64,000 nt of DNA from Botryllus schlosseri (lineage: Eukaryota), in assembly GCA_051294905.1 (NCBI GenBank), contig CM119371.1, forward strand, positions 34,784,001 through 34,848,000, written 5' to 3'. The notes beneath the pieces are model-generated. The model worked only from the letters and a program-made list of their open reading frames with translations, searched no databases and was not told the origin of the DNA. The position numbers and the translations under genes were made by a program. Of the stretch, positions 49,852-63,110 are shown in pieces (positions within the stretch are counted from its first letter, which is position 1; the number at the start of each line of letters is the position of its first letter).

Positions 49852-51171
49852 GCCTAGGCGGTGTAAGGAGGAGGCATGCACACTGAATGAAAGTAAATTA
49901 AGATAATATTAAAAACAAGCGACAAAAATGAGGTGGCATGTCACGGAAGGCGAGATCGATAGGTCAGGTCGTGGTCCGGTAATCTCGCGGACGGACTATA
50001 GAATTCATTTTGTAGAAATTGCTTGTATTTCGACCTGAATGTGGACATGCTCGTCGACTGTCGGATAGCCGGCGAGATACTGTTCTACACGTCAGGTCCG
50101 GCATATTTGATGGAGCGATGATCTTTTAGGTCGATCATGTGATGAGTCGGAAATTGCCAACTATCTTTTAATCAGAACAACAATACGGTTTAACTTCTTC
50201 TAGTTCAGGGTGCTTCATACCCGATGTTCCACGGAACACTAGGTATTCCGTGTACCAGTCTCAGGAGTTCCGCGCAGGTCAAGACAGACACCCGACTTAT
50301 ACATATTTGTGATGACACGCCCGTGTTGTCTTCTACACTGGGCAGGCAATCAGGCCCGATCAAGTCGAGCTGTCACTGTCGTTGTGGTACGTCGTAAGCA
50401 GTGGCGCACGAAGAAGAGGTTGGGGTTCTAAATCTGAACCCTGACCTTCTGAAATGCCAATTCTGTCTCAAATATTTAGAAGTTCATTTCCAATGGGAAA
50501 GCATTTGAATGTTGTCCCCTACCTTAATATGGAGAAATTGAAGTACGGGCTCTTGACCGTTGATTAAGGATCCATAAGTCCTCTTTTAGGAGGATCTGTC
50601 TTCTTTCTTCAAGAAACCCGAATTGTATCTGAGATACGCCCGAATGTCCTCTTTTCGCAAATCGTTCTCTTTTATGGTCACGTGTATTAAACGATGTCCT
50701 CTTTCTCAGATCCAAATAACCCTACCGTTTGTGTAGTCACTGCAATGTTGCCAACTACGGATGGAAGAAAATCGCTAAAACTGGTGTCAAAAATCGCTAG
50801 ATGGCGCTAAATATTGAGAAAAAAGCGCTAAAAAATAGCGCTAAATCTGGATTAATTGTTAAAGGTGTTAAATTGAACCTTTATATCGATACATTCTTCT
50901 CAGCTATATTTTACTCGTCTGGAGTCAAAGTCACTTATCATATTTCTAGTTCATAATACGTAATAGTCAAAACGTACAGTGCATTTCGATAAAGCAGATC
51001 GCAGATCAATGAACACTGACCAGGTTTGCAGGCATAACCGCTCACTATATCAGCGTGCCTTACTCGATGCGTCGGTGAATACGTGATGCGATGTACCGTG
51101 GTTATGCGCTTGACTTCTTCTTTAATCTGTGTTGGACTTGGCCTACTTGAACACGACATGCGACTTGACAC

Positions 51172-53285
51172 CAGTGTTGGGATCAAGTCACTACCTTCGA
51201 GTCACGAGTCATTTCAAGTCATTTCACATTTTGACTCGAGTCAAGTCAAGTCAATCGATTTTCAAAGGTGACTCGAGTCAAGTCAAGTCACTCGATTTTT
51301 GGAGGTGACTCGAGTCAAGTCGAGTCAAGTCAAGTCAAGTCACGAGTCAAGTCACATTTCAAGTCAATTTGCCCTTTCGAAGTAGGGGAGATGTGGTACC
51401 GATGGATCAAAAATCGCAAAATGATCTCTGGCCCTCAAATCTTCAGCCGGGAAAAGCAGATCTTTTGCTGACTCAACACTTCGATACAAGCTCTACCTAT
51501 CGCGGACATTTACATGAATACCCGCCTTTTCAAAAAACCCTATGTATGATGCATGATTACGTCATTGCAATTTGCTATCTGTTAGGGATGGTGTGAACCT
51601 CTGAAAGGTTCAGGTTCGTGTGAACGCGAACCTTTTTGAAAGGTTCTATGCGTCACGTGACGTCATATTGCTAAATCCAACCCTATCTTTCAATGAAGTG
51701 ATAGCGTATGCCCTATATTAATGTACACGATACCTAGCGAAGATTCGGTCCACATAATGCCACAATGCTGAAGTACATATCGGCGTTTTAAACGTCGCTA
51801 AATGTATCAACCGCGATAATCAAACTATATGATAATTGCATAAAATCAGTACATTCCATCGCTTTGCCAACAATTTCGGCGAGGACTTACCAAGGAATAT
51901 AAGCTTACGCCTTAACGGTCTTAGCCAGACCGGACAATGTGTTCGGAGTCTGAGTATTGCTACATTGATATTGAGCAGAATGTACAACGGGTTTCTATAC
52001 TCGCTACCGATACCACAAACAACAACAAGTTATGCAGCAGTAGCAAGCACCTTAATCGCACGGATTTGGTTTTAATGATAGGGCTACGGTAAAGATATGA
52101 AGTCAAGACTGACCCCGTACGACCGTTCGATTTTTACATCATAAGATGATATCAATGTCATTGATTGGTTGAATAAGCATCATTCGCTGACTACGTATAT
52201 CGCTCGTGATGTTGTGTGATTGCGGGTCAAGCTCACAGCAGAGAGTCACTAAATATTCACAAATGGAAAGCTGGATATACCGAGAAAATTTTGCAGCAAA
52301 GCAAGTAAAACTTTCAAGGTTATCGAGGTACATGGTACATGCTCGTTTAGTGTTGATTTTTAAGCTGCCAGCACCATGCATGGAGTGGCCCGCAGATGAA
52401 ATGCAATAAATTTGAGCCAAAGATTATAATGGAGTGAAAATTACAATTTACCAAAAGGTTCTCAGTGCAGAACCTACCAAGGTTCTGTTGTGAACGCGAA
52501 CTTCTAAATTTCCGAGGTTCACACACAGAACGCGAACGTGAACCTCACGTTCACACCATCCCTACTATCTGTCCGAAATACAGTGTGAGTGGTCACTGGT
52601 CATTGATTCCGAAACGATGACCGGAAATAGAGCTAAATATACACGCAAGAAGGCGCTGTATTGCTCACATATACGCAGAACTGTTAAACTACGTAATTAC
52701 ATAGCCTCATTTTATCGTTACTAGCCAAAATATAGAAACGAATAGATAAGATACAATACATTACCCATCTTCAAATAGATATGATACCATTCGAGCCTGC
52801 GTCAATGATTGAGGACTATATAAACTATATTTTACTTCACTTTCAATAAAACAAGAGGTTTGGTAAAGGTAAGAACAGAGAACAGAAATATACATTTTGC
52901 TGTTCTATTACTTTACTTCTAGAGTTACGACAACGTAAGCTGTAAGCTTAAGTGTGCGGTCAATTTATTTGTGAGAAAACAGTCGAGGCTCAATGAAACG
53001 CACGGTCATTAAATGATAGGTCGCTCTTACGGGCTACGCAAGCGTTTCGCGAACAATCTGAACATTTGTAAGATACAGTGATTTTTATCGACAACAATTA
53101 CTTGATGACTTGAAATTGACTCGTGAATTTTGCTCCGAGTCACGAGTCAATCCACATTTCTGATGTGCCGAGTCAAGTCAAGTCAAGTCATTTTAGCAAA
53201 GTGACTCAAGTCAAGTCAAGTCATGCGAAAAAGGTGACTCGAGTCTGACTCGAGTCAAGTCATGACTCGAGTCATCCCAACACTG
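51172..53285 (+). mobile_element. Family D MITE interrupted by family E
   Basis: Perfect TSD cttgacac. Confidence 0.92.
51583..52564 (+). mobile_element. Family E MITE
   Basis: TIR tagggatggtgtgaa / ttcacaccatcccta, perfect TSD ctatctgt. Confidence 0.93.
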
Positions 53286-53559
53286 CTTGACACACGTGTA
53301 CACTGTAATGTTACACGACATGCGACTTGACCCGACACAACACGACTTGAACCGGGTTTGTTTGCCACTATAAGTAGAGACCTTAAGAAAATAATCCGAG
53401 GACCAACCCGGGGTATGAAATGTAATTAATCTGGTCTTAAACGAACTACGAATTAAATTCATGTCAGACAATGGAGCGACCTCAAAACAGCCCCCAAAGC
53501 CTGGAAATCGGCATTGATAAGAACAATCGCTGGACGAAATTGGTCATTGTTATGCTCAT

Positions 53560-53590
53560 TGAGAGAGACAGAGAGAGAGAGAGAGAGAGT
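53560..53590. repeat. (GA)n microsatellite
   Basis: gagagagacagagagagagagagagagagt. Confidence 0.9.
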
Positions 53591-53892
53591 GAGTCTTTAT
53601 TTTCATTGTGTTCATTGTGTTGCGGCGGTTCCATTGTTGGGGCAATGCCGGTTTTCAGACTTTGAGGGCTGTTTCGGGGTGCATGGTTCCATTGTCCGGA
53701 CGAGATTTTATTTTGTATTTTCGAAATCACTGCGACACTATCTTTCGATCATGGCCAATTATATTAAATTTCAGCGTTCAGGTCGCCAGATGTAGCACTG
53801 CCAATTATGCTACTTTTAGATTACTCAGCAAGAAGAGACACTGTTTGCCTATGCGTAGCCACCAGGAGTTGCGTATAAACTTCTATCTATTA

Positions 53893-55152
53893 CAGAGATC
53901 TCAAACACACGGCCCGCGAGAGTATTTTGTGCGGCCCGTGACGGCATTTTGGAATTTCAAGTATTCAACAATATATTCACGTGCCATATATCTTTTTTAG
54001 ATATAAGATCTTAAAGTTCAACCTACTATAAAGATCACTGAAATCTCGAAAAACTTCCCTATCACATCACTTTTAAAAGTAGTAGTAGTAGAAGTAGTAG
54101 CAGCAGTAGAAGATTTGCTATTACGCCACATTTCTAATTCATGATGATAAAACATGACCATTGATGATTCGTGACTGAAAATTTTGATTTGGTTTGGTGA
54201 GACCTTCTCGTAAAATTACTCGATTTAGGATTGACTAGGTGAGTTATTAAAAATGACTAGAGTGCAGTCGGTTCAAACGGTAAAATCAGAGCAGGATTTG
54301 CGACTGGGAACGGTGACTTGGTATTCCTACGGACGAAACAATCTATGAAACTGTCATGGGGGATAGTAATATATCACAACATCGTTGCTTACGTTGCGTA
54401 GGATATGTAGCTATCTAATCAGGTCAGTATGGCAAGCATGGCATTCTGTGACACCCATGACGTATAGTTGGTTACATGATGGGTATTGTTTGTTCTCTTC
54501 ATCCATTTTATTATCGGTGTCGAGAAAGATATTAGTACGTTCTGCAGCTGTTACACCAATGAATTCTTTGCCGATTGGACATTTCTATTTCAGGGGTTCT
54601 TAACCAGGGTCGGTAGACCCCATCGGGGTACGAAGCACCACATCAGGATGCACGAGATGCATTGTGGAATTAGGCCTATATGCTGTGGAATATTTTTCTG
54701 GTCAATTTATTCAACTGGAAAATAGTATTGGCGCTATGCGCGATTTTATGTGAATGGGCTTTCTGATTTTCATATAGGTACCATCAGAAATTGTGTTGAA
54801 ACTGGACCGGGGCAACGAGAAATCTCATTGGAATCACAAGGGGTGCAAGATGCATCCTCTCCTATGATGTCTATAACTCATTAATTAAAGATTAATTATG
54901 CCCGCCACAAAACCAATTTTATTTAAATTTTGATAATATGAATATTTTCCGTGTCAAGCCACTCAAGCGTGAATATTACAATAGTAAATTACATATCTAA
55001 GATGATTGTGGAATGCCTGTCTACAAGATCCCGTCAGAAAAAGGCCTACTTGGAAATAATACATTGAATATCCTAATTATTGGTGCTGCGGCCCGCGGCA
55101 TCATCAAAACTAGGAAATTGGCCCGCGAACTCATTTGAGTTTGAGACCTCTG
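53893..55152. mobile_element. hAT (Charlie/Buster-like) MITE with GGCCCGC repeats
   Basis: TIR cagagatctcaaac / gtttgagacctctg, perfect TSD atctatta. Confidence 0.92.
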
Positions 55153-55445
55153 ATCTATTAGATGGGCAGTAATAATTATATATCATCGGAGTCCGCACTC
55201 TGGTGGCCGGTATAGCCAATGCAGTCGTCAGCCCGAACTGATCTTTAGTGGTTATTTTCGCTAAAAAAGCGCTAAATAATCGCTAAATACTGTTTCAAAA
55301 ATCGCTAGATTTATCGCTAGGCGCTAGATCCATATTTTCTGGCGCTAAACCGGATGAAAAATCGCTAGATCTAGCGCGAAAATCGCTAAATTGGCAACAC
55401 TGTACTGATGCCGTAGAAGACAGAACGGTTTGGTGTTACATAGTG

Positions 55446-57450
55446 CAGGGCTCATCAACCTGGTGTATCGTACACCCCCGTGTGTACCGAAATTTTAAAA
55501 GGATCTACCACTCAGATGGGTGTACTGGTGTACCAGATCCGCATTAAATGAACTAGTGACTAGATATCAGAAAAATTAGGCAAGTTTATGCTTCAGAACA
55601 TGTAGACCGAGTGTGCAATATCGTACAATGTTCATGTCAGTTGTATCATGCAGCTTGTTTGTTACATTCCTTTGGTGATGTCATAAGCAAACGTTTCCTT
55701 TCACCATTTCACCGTTGGTAATGAACTTATTGGTTCATTGTGGAGTAGAACAGGATGGAGTTGTCATGTGTGCAGCTATATCTGTCTATAATGATTCTCG
55801 AGGAGGCTGCCGCGAGATCTCAGACATTTTGAATTGGTACTTCCTGTGAGATGCTTATGCCTATAAATAGCGCAGTGTACATCATAGTTGCAGAGGCGTA
55901 GCCAGGGAGTCTCAATGGTCGAGTTTCAGAACCACTGTGTAAGATGGTGATCCAGTAACATCACGCCCTGATTATTATTTAGCATAACCAATATACGTTG
56001 CAGCTTTACTCATACTTATTTCAACAGGTCAGAAGTGGCCAACCTGTCGGACGTACGGTCGCAAGCAGCCATAAAACAATAATTATGCGGCCGTCAATAT
56101 GCAATTTGAATTAACGAATTGGTTCCCAAATCTTTATGACCTTTTCATTAAACTTGAAAATATCATTCACGATGAGCGCGATTCAGGATGACTTGGATTT
56201 TCCGTTTTTAATATAATAGTGTATTCCGAGCCCCACCGTACAAATGCGAACCGCAGAGGAAACTGATGCGCCCCATAAATAGGGTTACCATGTTTCGGGA
56301 ATCTGAAAGAGCACACTCTGTCAAAATTTTCAGACTTACAATACCGGACAAAAATCCTGAAAAATTGATAAATTTACTCCGAGTTTATAATTGCTCAACT
56401 AAAAAAGGGTCAACTTTCCAGCCCTCTTTTAATCAGGTTTTCCGTTGGTTGACTACGGAAAAGGCCACCTTTTAGAACTCGACTCCAAAAAGACCCGCTG
56501 GACCGTTACTTGAGTGCTGATTTCCTATATCTCAGTCCAATTTTCACTTACATTTAACCAAAATTTTTTTTAAAAAAAGGACAAATCCTCAAAAAAGAGG
56601 ACATTTGGGCGTCCGCCGAGGATACTTTCAAAAAAGTAAAAAAGAGGACAAATCCTCTTAAAAGAGGACGTATGGTAACCCTAATCATAAAGAAATACCA
56701 AGTCGGAATCGTCTGCGTCTCACGAATCGATATTTATCTGGTACGTTTGTGCAATTCCAATATATTTTTTGTCTATGCCTGCGATCCTGATCGGCGGTCA
56801 AAAAATAATATCATGCAAGAAAGTGATTAATAAAAACCAGAAGATGCATGCATACATCATTAATCATTTGTATCCAACATTTTCGAAGACGCTCGCTCCA
56901 TCAGCGGTACCAGTTAATCTGATCACATGGGCTGAGAATGGATACAAATATTTGGAATATATGAAATAACCAATATTATCGACGAAAATAATTTTCCAGG
57001 TGTAAAAATCTTTTGCAAACTGCGAGACTATACAAAAATAATCCAGATAACTTTTTCTAGCATATATTCTCGCGATTATGGTGCATATATAGTAATCCTA
57101 CGGGGGTGTTCTGCCTCTACAATTAGAAACTTTTATTCGCAAGGTAGGCTATATCTCAAAAAATCAGTCATGGCACAAAACACCACAAGCAAGGGCTCTC
57201 CGTTGTGCGAAGTTCCCAGTAGTCAAATCAACACGGGTATATGACGTCCTGATAGGCCAGGACGACTCTCCGCTGGAATGCGGCCCTATATGCTATATGT
57301 CCTCAAAATAGGGCGGTGAGTAGCAAAAAGGTTGAACACCCTTGGATTACGCTTACTGTACGGAATCAGTGTGTTATGTGGTCAGGAGTGTACGAGTTTT
57401 GACTAAACGTTGAAAGGATGTAACATGACGAAAAGGGTTGAAGAGCACTG
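55446..57450. mobile_element. hAT-type element with nested elements (about 56029-57344 and family F 56280-56683)
   Basis: Ends cagggctcatcaacc / ggttgaagagcactg, TSD acatagtg/gcatagta; innermost tagggttaccat / atggtaacccta with flanks cccataaa/atcataaa. Confidence 0.75.
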
Positions 57451-58033
57451 GCATAGTACACCTAGAGTTCTAGAAATCTGAGTCAGCTTAGGGCATAGCG
57501 GTTAAGAAAGATTTTCGCCGCTTGTGGGCACTGCGGAGTCTTCACAGCAGTGTGCAATGTGCATTGCGTGACTCGCAGTTTGCAATAGACACTTACGTGA
57601 CCTTTGACACGAACCAATCAGGTTGCAGCAGAACGTAAACAAAGAACAAGGCCGGGCAAGCTTACGAGGAGCTCTTATGGGAAATGGTTGGAAAATGAAG
57701 GTTTTAAGCAAATTTGCGTTGAATTGGCGATGACTGGCCTTAATAAATAGTAATAGCGTAGAGCTAGTATGTAGTTGCAGCTTTTAGTCTAGGATGAACA
57801 TGAATGGTGGTGAGTACGCATCAGCGTGCTGTGTCCAAATGCATGGTTTTTTGACAACTTTTCGGATTAAGCGATGATTGTTGTATACTATACTATAGGA
57901 TTGTTGTAATGCATATTTTGACGATTTCATAGGCTGCCGGTCTCGAGCGAAATTTTCAAGCATATCTCATGTTCAGAAATATATGCTATAAAATACAGCT
58001 GCTGCCACACATCACAATTTTGGTGTATTAATT

Positions 58034-58450
58034 ATGAAACTTGAAAGCTATGGAGATTCTATCGAATTTCTGGATTTGAGTGGAACAGCATCTTCTTCTA
58101 ACACCGCGGAGAAAGCTACGAAATATTTCATGGAGCGCTACGTACACGACTTAGGGACAAAGATTGAGGAGACAATCCATGGAAGCAATATTCTAGTGAA
58201 CAGCCAATGTTATCGCAACTTGCGGAAAAGTGAGATATCATACTCAATGGAAATACACGTTCTCAGAAAATCCATTATTGATTCGTCTTGCACATGTAAG
58301 ACAGGGTAAGTAAAGCAAAATACATTTTTTCAGAGATTCCTGCAATAGATGTCGTAACCATGATTTATTTTCACATTAGGTTCTGATATATGCTCTCATG
58401 CATATATGCATTGATTAAGACAATCCAGGACCTGAAGCTACAAGGACTAC
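58034..58450 (+). pseudogene. ISL2EU second-ORF remnant with SWIM zinc finger
   Basis: KATKYFMERYVH..VNSQCYRNLRK..SSCTCKTG, then a GTAAGT..CACATTAG intron, then SDICSH, completing CxCx(n)CxH. The expected YqaJ nuclease part is not evident. Confidence 0.75.
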
Positions 58451-58767
58451 ATTGTGATTTGCATCAGCCTCAGTGAGCTCGATCGTGATTGACAATCAAT
58501 TTCTCGACCGTACTCGCAACCGATCAACTCCTGCCTCAAGGTAGATTTTGGTGTATCTGGTGTCTTCAGTTTTATAACATTCCACCAAACACAAATAATC
58601 CTAGTACATTTTCACCTGAAGAATTGTTCATTCAACAAATTGGGCCTCTAAATGAGCTTCAATGCACACCACTGGAGTATAGTATGAATAGACATGCACT
58701 GTTGGTACACATTGACCATGGCACCGCGCAATTACGATCTGTAGCATGCTATTAGGCATTACGATAT

Positions 58768-59500
58768 TCACAATGGAACTGAATTTGCACAATTGCCGAA
58801 TATGTTGCGTCGGTCATTTTTAATTTTCAATCTTGAAGTAGAGTAAGCAATTAGTCCATATTTGGTTAGTTGATACACAATGCTGCATAGTATGACACCA
58901 GACAAAATTTTATACTCCTTGATTCTTCCGATCAGCTGTTCAATATGAATACGTTGTCTCGCCATCTTTCTTGTTGTGGAACAGTCTGGCTCAGGCATTT
59001 GACGGTGTGCCAAATCATGTGCAGGACTATTCAAATCTAGATTCAATTTCTTGATTTCAGACTCAATGGTGAATCCTTTTTCTGCCATGATAGCATTTCC
59101 TGGTTCACCATAGCTGAACTCCATCAATGTCTCACATTTCCTGTCGAATCCACATATTTCACTAATATTTCGATCTGAAATGGTCCCTGTGAACAGTTCC
59201 TGCACAAAAGTAAGTGCACCACAATCTATCAATCCTTTCAAAGTTGTATGTGATTTATTGACAGTCAATAATCATTCTAGTTTTGAGAAATCATGAATGA
59301 ATGCAAATGGTGCCTTTTTAAGAACCACATATCTACATGGCCAAATCGAAATCTAATGAAGCAGTTATATACGGTTGACATAATGGTTTAATACTATGCT
59401 TACAGCAATGCTATAAATTTGACGTCAGTAGGATAAGTCGGGCAATCCAGAAAGAATTTAATGTAGTCTAGCATAAAATTTCAGCTTCTCCGCATCTTTT
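58768..59500 (-). pseudogene. ISL2EU DDE transposase remnant (DDE_Tnp_4-like)
   Basis: KSHTTLKGLI..FVQELFTGTISD..IMAEKGF..TRKMARQRIHIEQLIGRIKEYKIL; the canonical ADKGF and HVER motifs are altered. Confidence 0.88.
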
Positions 59501-59960
59501 GACATTATGATGCTCCTCTGAGAACTAAACTTCACTAGCAATAATTGTCCGTCAATTTGTAATTTTCCTGGACGGGTTTCCTGTTTTGTGCTTCTACTTC
59601 TTCCAGAAATTTGATTTTCTTGCGTTTTATCCATCAAATTCCTCTTTCTGCAGCTTCATATAAGATATCCATCAAGCCTGCACAAAATATATAATATGTT
59701 TATTTTACAGAGCAACACTGCTGTGCAGGCACCTATCAAGGCGTACTCGTCCGACTCATGCAACGTATCAGCGCTACCAATTTCAACTATTCATCTCATT
59801 ATTGAATATATTGCTCTCAACAATTTCAATCCATTACACACCATCAAGCAACAAAACTGGAGTGGAATAAAACGAGACACACTACAAGTCGATTGTGGCA
59901 TCAAGTGTGACTGCATTTCAGATTGGACTCATTTTGAAACACAGAATTGTTTCATCTAAA

Positions 59961-60183
59961 TTATGTCACGATTCCATATTTTTGGTGCAATAATAGATAT
60001 GTCATTTTATTAATAAAATGAGAATTCAGATGACTACAAGGAAGTCCACATGCCTTTATCCAGATTTTACATTCTTCCATGCATGTTATTGGCTCTGGGA
60101 AAGGATACAAGCACACACCAGGAACGGTCTGGGTAGCCATCTCCAAGTTACACAGGCTATTAGCGCAGTGGTTATCCGGCATT
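59961..60183 (-). pseudogene. THAP-domain exon of the ISL2EU transposase
   Basis: MPDNHCANSLCN..LYPFPEP...CKIWIKACG fits the THAP pattern C-x4-C..FP..W. Confidence 0.8.
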
Positions 60184-60859
60184 TGTCCTGCTTGATTCAA
60201 TACATGAGCTAGAACAAAAAATGACGATTTCAGCTGGGAACGGATCATGTTGCCTAACATATATCATATTAATATGATCATTGAATATGCAGACAGGTGT
60301 CCAGTGTAACAGTAATTTGCCAGATAATGATGCAGACTGTAGACTGTACTATACGATTTCATAAATAGAACGCTTATAACGCCAAGCCCACATAATGAAT
60401 ACCCCACATATCCTGACTCAAGATTAATCTAATACATGCTTTCGGTACGACAATCCCATTGTGTACGACTAAGGACTAAGGATAATACAGCAATAGTTGC
60501 TTCATCCGAAAAGTTGTCAGAAATCCATTCATTTCGACATACCATGTTGATGAGTGCTTGCCACCATTCATGTTTATTGTAGGTTAGAACACTGCAAATA
60601 CATACTAGCTCTACGTTATTACCATTCACCAAAGCCAGCTATTCCCAATTCAATGTAATTTTGCGAAAAACCTTCATTTTTCAACCCTTTTCCATAAGCG
60701 CTCATAGTGAGATTGCCCGGCCTTGTTCTTTGTTTACATCCTGCTGCAACCTGATTGGTTCGTGTCAAAGGTCACGTAAGTGTCTATTGATATCACTCTG
60801 TTGCGTTTCGACCGAACAATACCATGGAACTTTCTAAGGTGCAATCTCGCATATATGAG

Positions 60860-61270
60860 CTGGTATCTGAATGAGAACAGTACAAGTCACAGGGACAGGG
60901 ACTTTCAATAATAATTTACTATCATGAAAAAGTACATTATATGGTTTTCTTCTTTTAACACACAGGTCATTTTGTGCACCGGTTATCTATTGAATGTCTA
61001 GTTAGTTGTGTCTTGTGCTAGATTTTAGTTTTTGTGACTTATCGGAAATTTAGTGTTCCACGAAGGCTTGCATATTAGCGCGAGTATTCCGCGGGTTACT
61101 AAAGGTTAATGACGTCCCATTGAACGGAATGATCGTTGCATTAACGGTAAACAATTCCTGTTATGTCATGAATGACAATAGCTCTTTATTTTGGATACAT
61201 CGGTGAGTGGAGCTGGGCGATTAGCTGAAGGCTTTATATTTTGGTCGAATTGCAATGTTTAGAACATATC
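60860..61270 (+). repeat. Direct repeat, copy 1 (copy 2 at about 63195-63567)
   Basis: Shared blocks tatctgaatg, ggtcattttgt.cacc, ttccgcgggtt, ctttattttggatacat and ttagctgaa in the same order. Confidence 0.8.
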
Positions 61271-61893
61271 TGAAACGATAGGGTCGTGTATCTTCGTCGC
61301 AGATAATTATAAAGCAGTGAAACAGTAAAACAATAGCGTAGCAAGAAACCTGTTGCAGACCAAGTGAGATTGAGAATACGAACCCCAGCCTAACGATTAC
61401 CAGAGGTCAAATCAAAGATGGCGCATAGCCTAGTGCAGTGCTCTTCAGCCTGTAAGATGTTACGCACTTGTGCGGATGTAAAACTTACAGTGCTATACGC
61501 TACAGTACTGCGCACTACACTGTACACAGTGATGTGACACGCGAGATATCAAGGGAAGCAGCCAGGACTGAAGTATCGTCACTTCCGGAATCATCGACTT
61601 ACCAGCGATGCATCAAAATAGGCGTCGCGAACACGTGGAGTTTTTGCTTCATTCAAACAACTGCCGGCGAACAGCGCCACCCTCTTGTTCATTGATGAAA
61701 ACAATACTATCAACTTTTACGGCCTGTCATGAAATTCCAGTGTGCACGCTTGGCGTGGTCATCATGAGATATTTGCGATGAGTTACAGAAACAACTCTAG
61801 CCAGGTCAGATACCTACCGCTTTGTTTTTTACTTTTCCAGTACGAATATTGTTGCTGTACGCTACAGTTATTGTATGTAGGTTTACAGTCACG

Positions 61894-62514
61894 ATGGCAA
61901 ATACTTCTGAATCGGCAATAGTACTAGACCAGGTGGGATTGGAGGAACGCGATATCGGGATCGGTATGGTCATTCTCGTTAACCTTATGGCAGCAGTTGG
62001 GGTGTGGGTAAGGTTTTTCGAGACATATTGGTTAACACAAGAGTCGGGAAAGAGGTTTGCGTGTATTCAGGTCATGTTGACCATCATTCGGAATATGTTC
62101 GAGTTCATCATAGATGGAGGGATTATGCATTTATTGCCAGTGGAGGCTCTGTTCTCAAGCTACATCGGAATCTGTCTTATCGTCGGGATGAGTCATGCTG
62201 CCCTGCTCGCATTTTGTGGTTTTAATTGGATCGTAAGCCTGGAATAGTATCAAGTACCTTCAAGAAAGTCACTTCCGTTGCTTGGTTTACAGGCCGTGGT
62301 CATTCTGGTATTACTGGAATTGATATTTATTCCGATCTTCACAACGATATACGAATATACGCTCGAGAGATTCGGTGGTCACAGAATATGTTTATCAGTG
62401 CTGTCGCTCTTGGTGTATATTTTCGCGAACGCTTCGGTGAGTTATACACGTATATTCAACAATACGTTTGTGAAAGTCATTTTTGTTCTTACACGAGTAC
62501 ATTCACAAAAATGA
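61894..62514 (+). pseudogene. Multi-pass membrane protein ORF with one in-frame TAG (62245-62247)
   Basis: MANTSES start after an acceptor-like site; several hydrophobic segments. Track ORFs 61822-62247 and 62278-62514 are in the same frame. Family not recognised. Confidence 0.6.
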
Positions 62515-62712
62515 TCGCGATATCATCGCGGAGCTGCTAACTGCTGAATAGCTTCGGGTGCCAGATGTTTCGCAAAACAGTGCCAAACTGACTGAATTGC
62601 GCAAAATTATCTTCTACATTCGAAATATCCGTACATATAGTCGAATGAGAGTGGATAAAAATTTAATAAAATAGATGTGGAGGAACTAATATGATTGACA
62701 GAGCTCCTTTAT

Positions 62713-63110
62713 TAGGGTTACCATATTTTGGAAATCTGAAAGAAAGACACTTTTTCAAAACTTTTCAGACTCAAAATTCTGGAGTAAAATCCGGGAAAAT
62801 GGTAAATTTTACCAAAGTTTGTGGTTGGTTGACTAAAGAAAAGGGTCATTTTTCCGACTCGGCTCAGAAATTGACACTTTTGTTGAATTCTGCGTTGCTT
62901 AACTGAAAAAAGGTCAACTTTCCAGTTCAACTCCCGAAATACCCGCCGGAGCGTTACTTGAGTACTGATTTGCTGTATTTCCGTCGAATTTTACTCTATA
63001 TTTAACCAAAATTCTCAAAAAATAGGACATTTGGCCGTCCTACGAGGACACTTTTACAAAAGTCAAACAAGAGGACAAATCCTCTTAAAAGAGAGCGTAT
63101 GGTAACTATA
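62713..63110 (+). mobile_element. Family F MITE
   Basis: tagggttaccata / tatggtaactata, TSD tcctttat/tccttcgt. Confidence 0.88.

Larger units (their letters stand above)
50743..55402. mobile_element. hAT-type element (CAGTGTTGCCAA TIR, CGCTA repeats) hosting several nested MITEs
   Basis: Ends caatgttgccaa / ttggcaacactg with aatcgctaaa/gcgcta subterminal repeats; possible 5-bp TSD cactg/tactg. Confidence 0.8.
57587..60785. mobile_element. ISL2EU-type DNA transposon (PIF/Harbinger-related), internally decayed
   Basis: Long TIRs starting agacacttacgtgacctttgacacgaaccaatcaggttgcagcag, flanked by AT on both sides; convergent SWIM-finger ORF (+) and THAP plus DDE transposase ORF (-). Confidence 0.9.
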
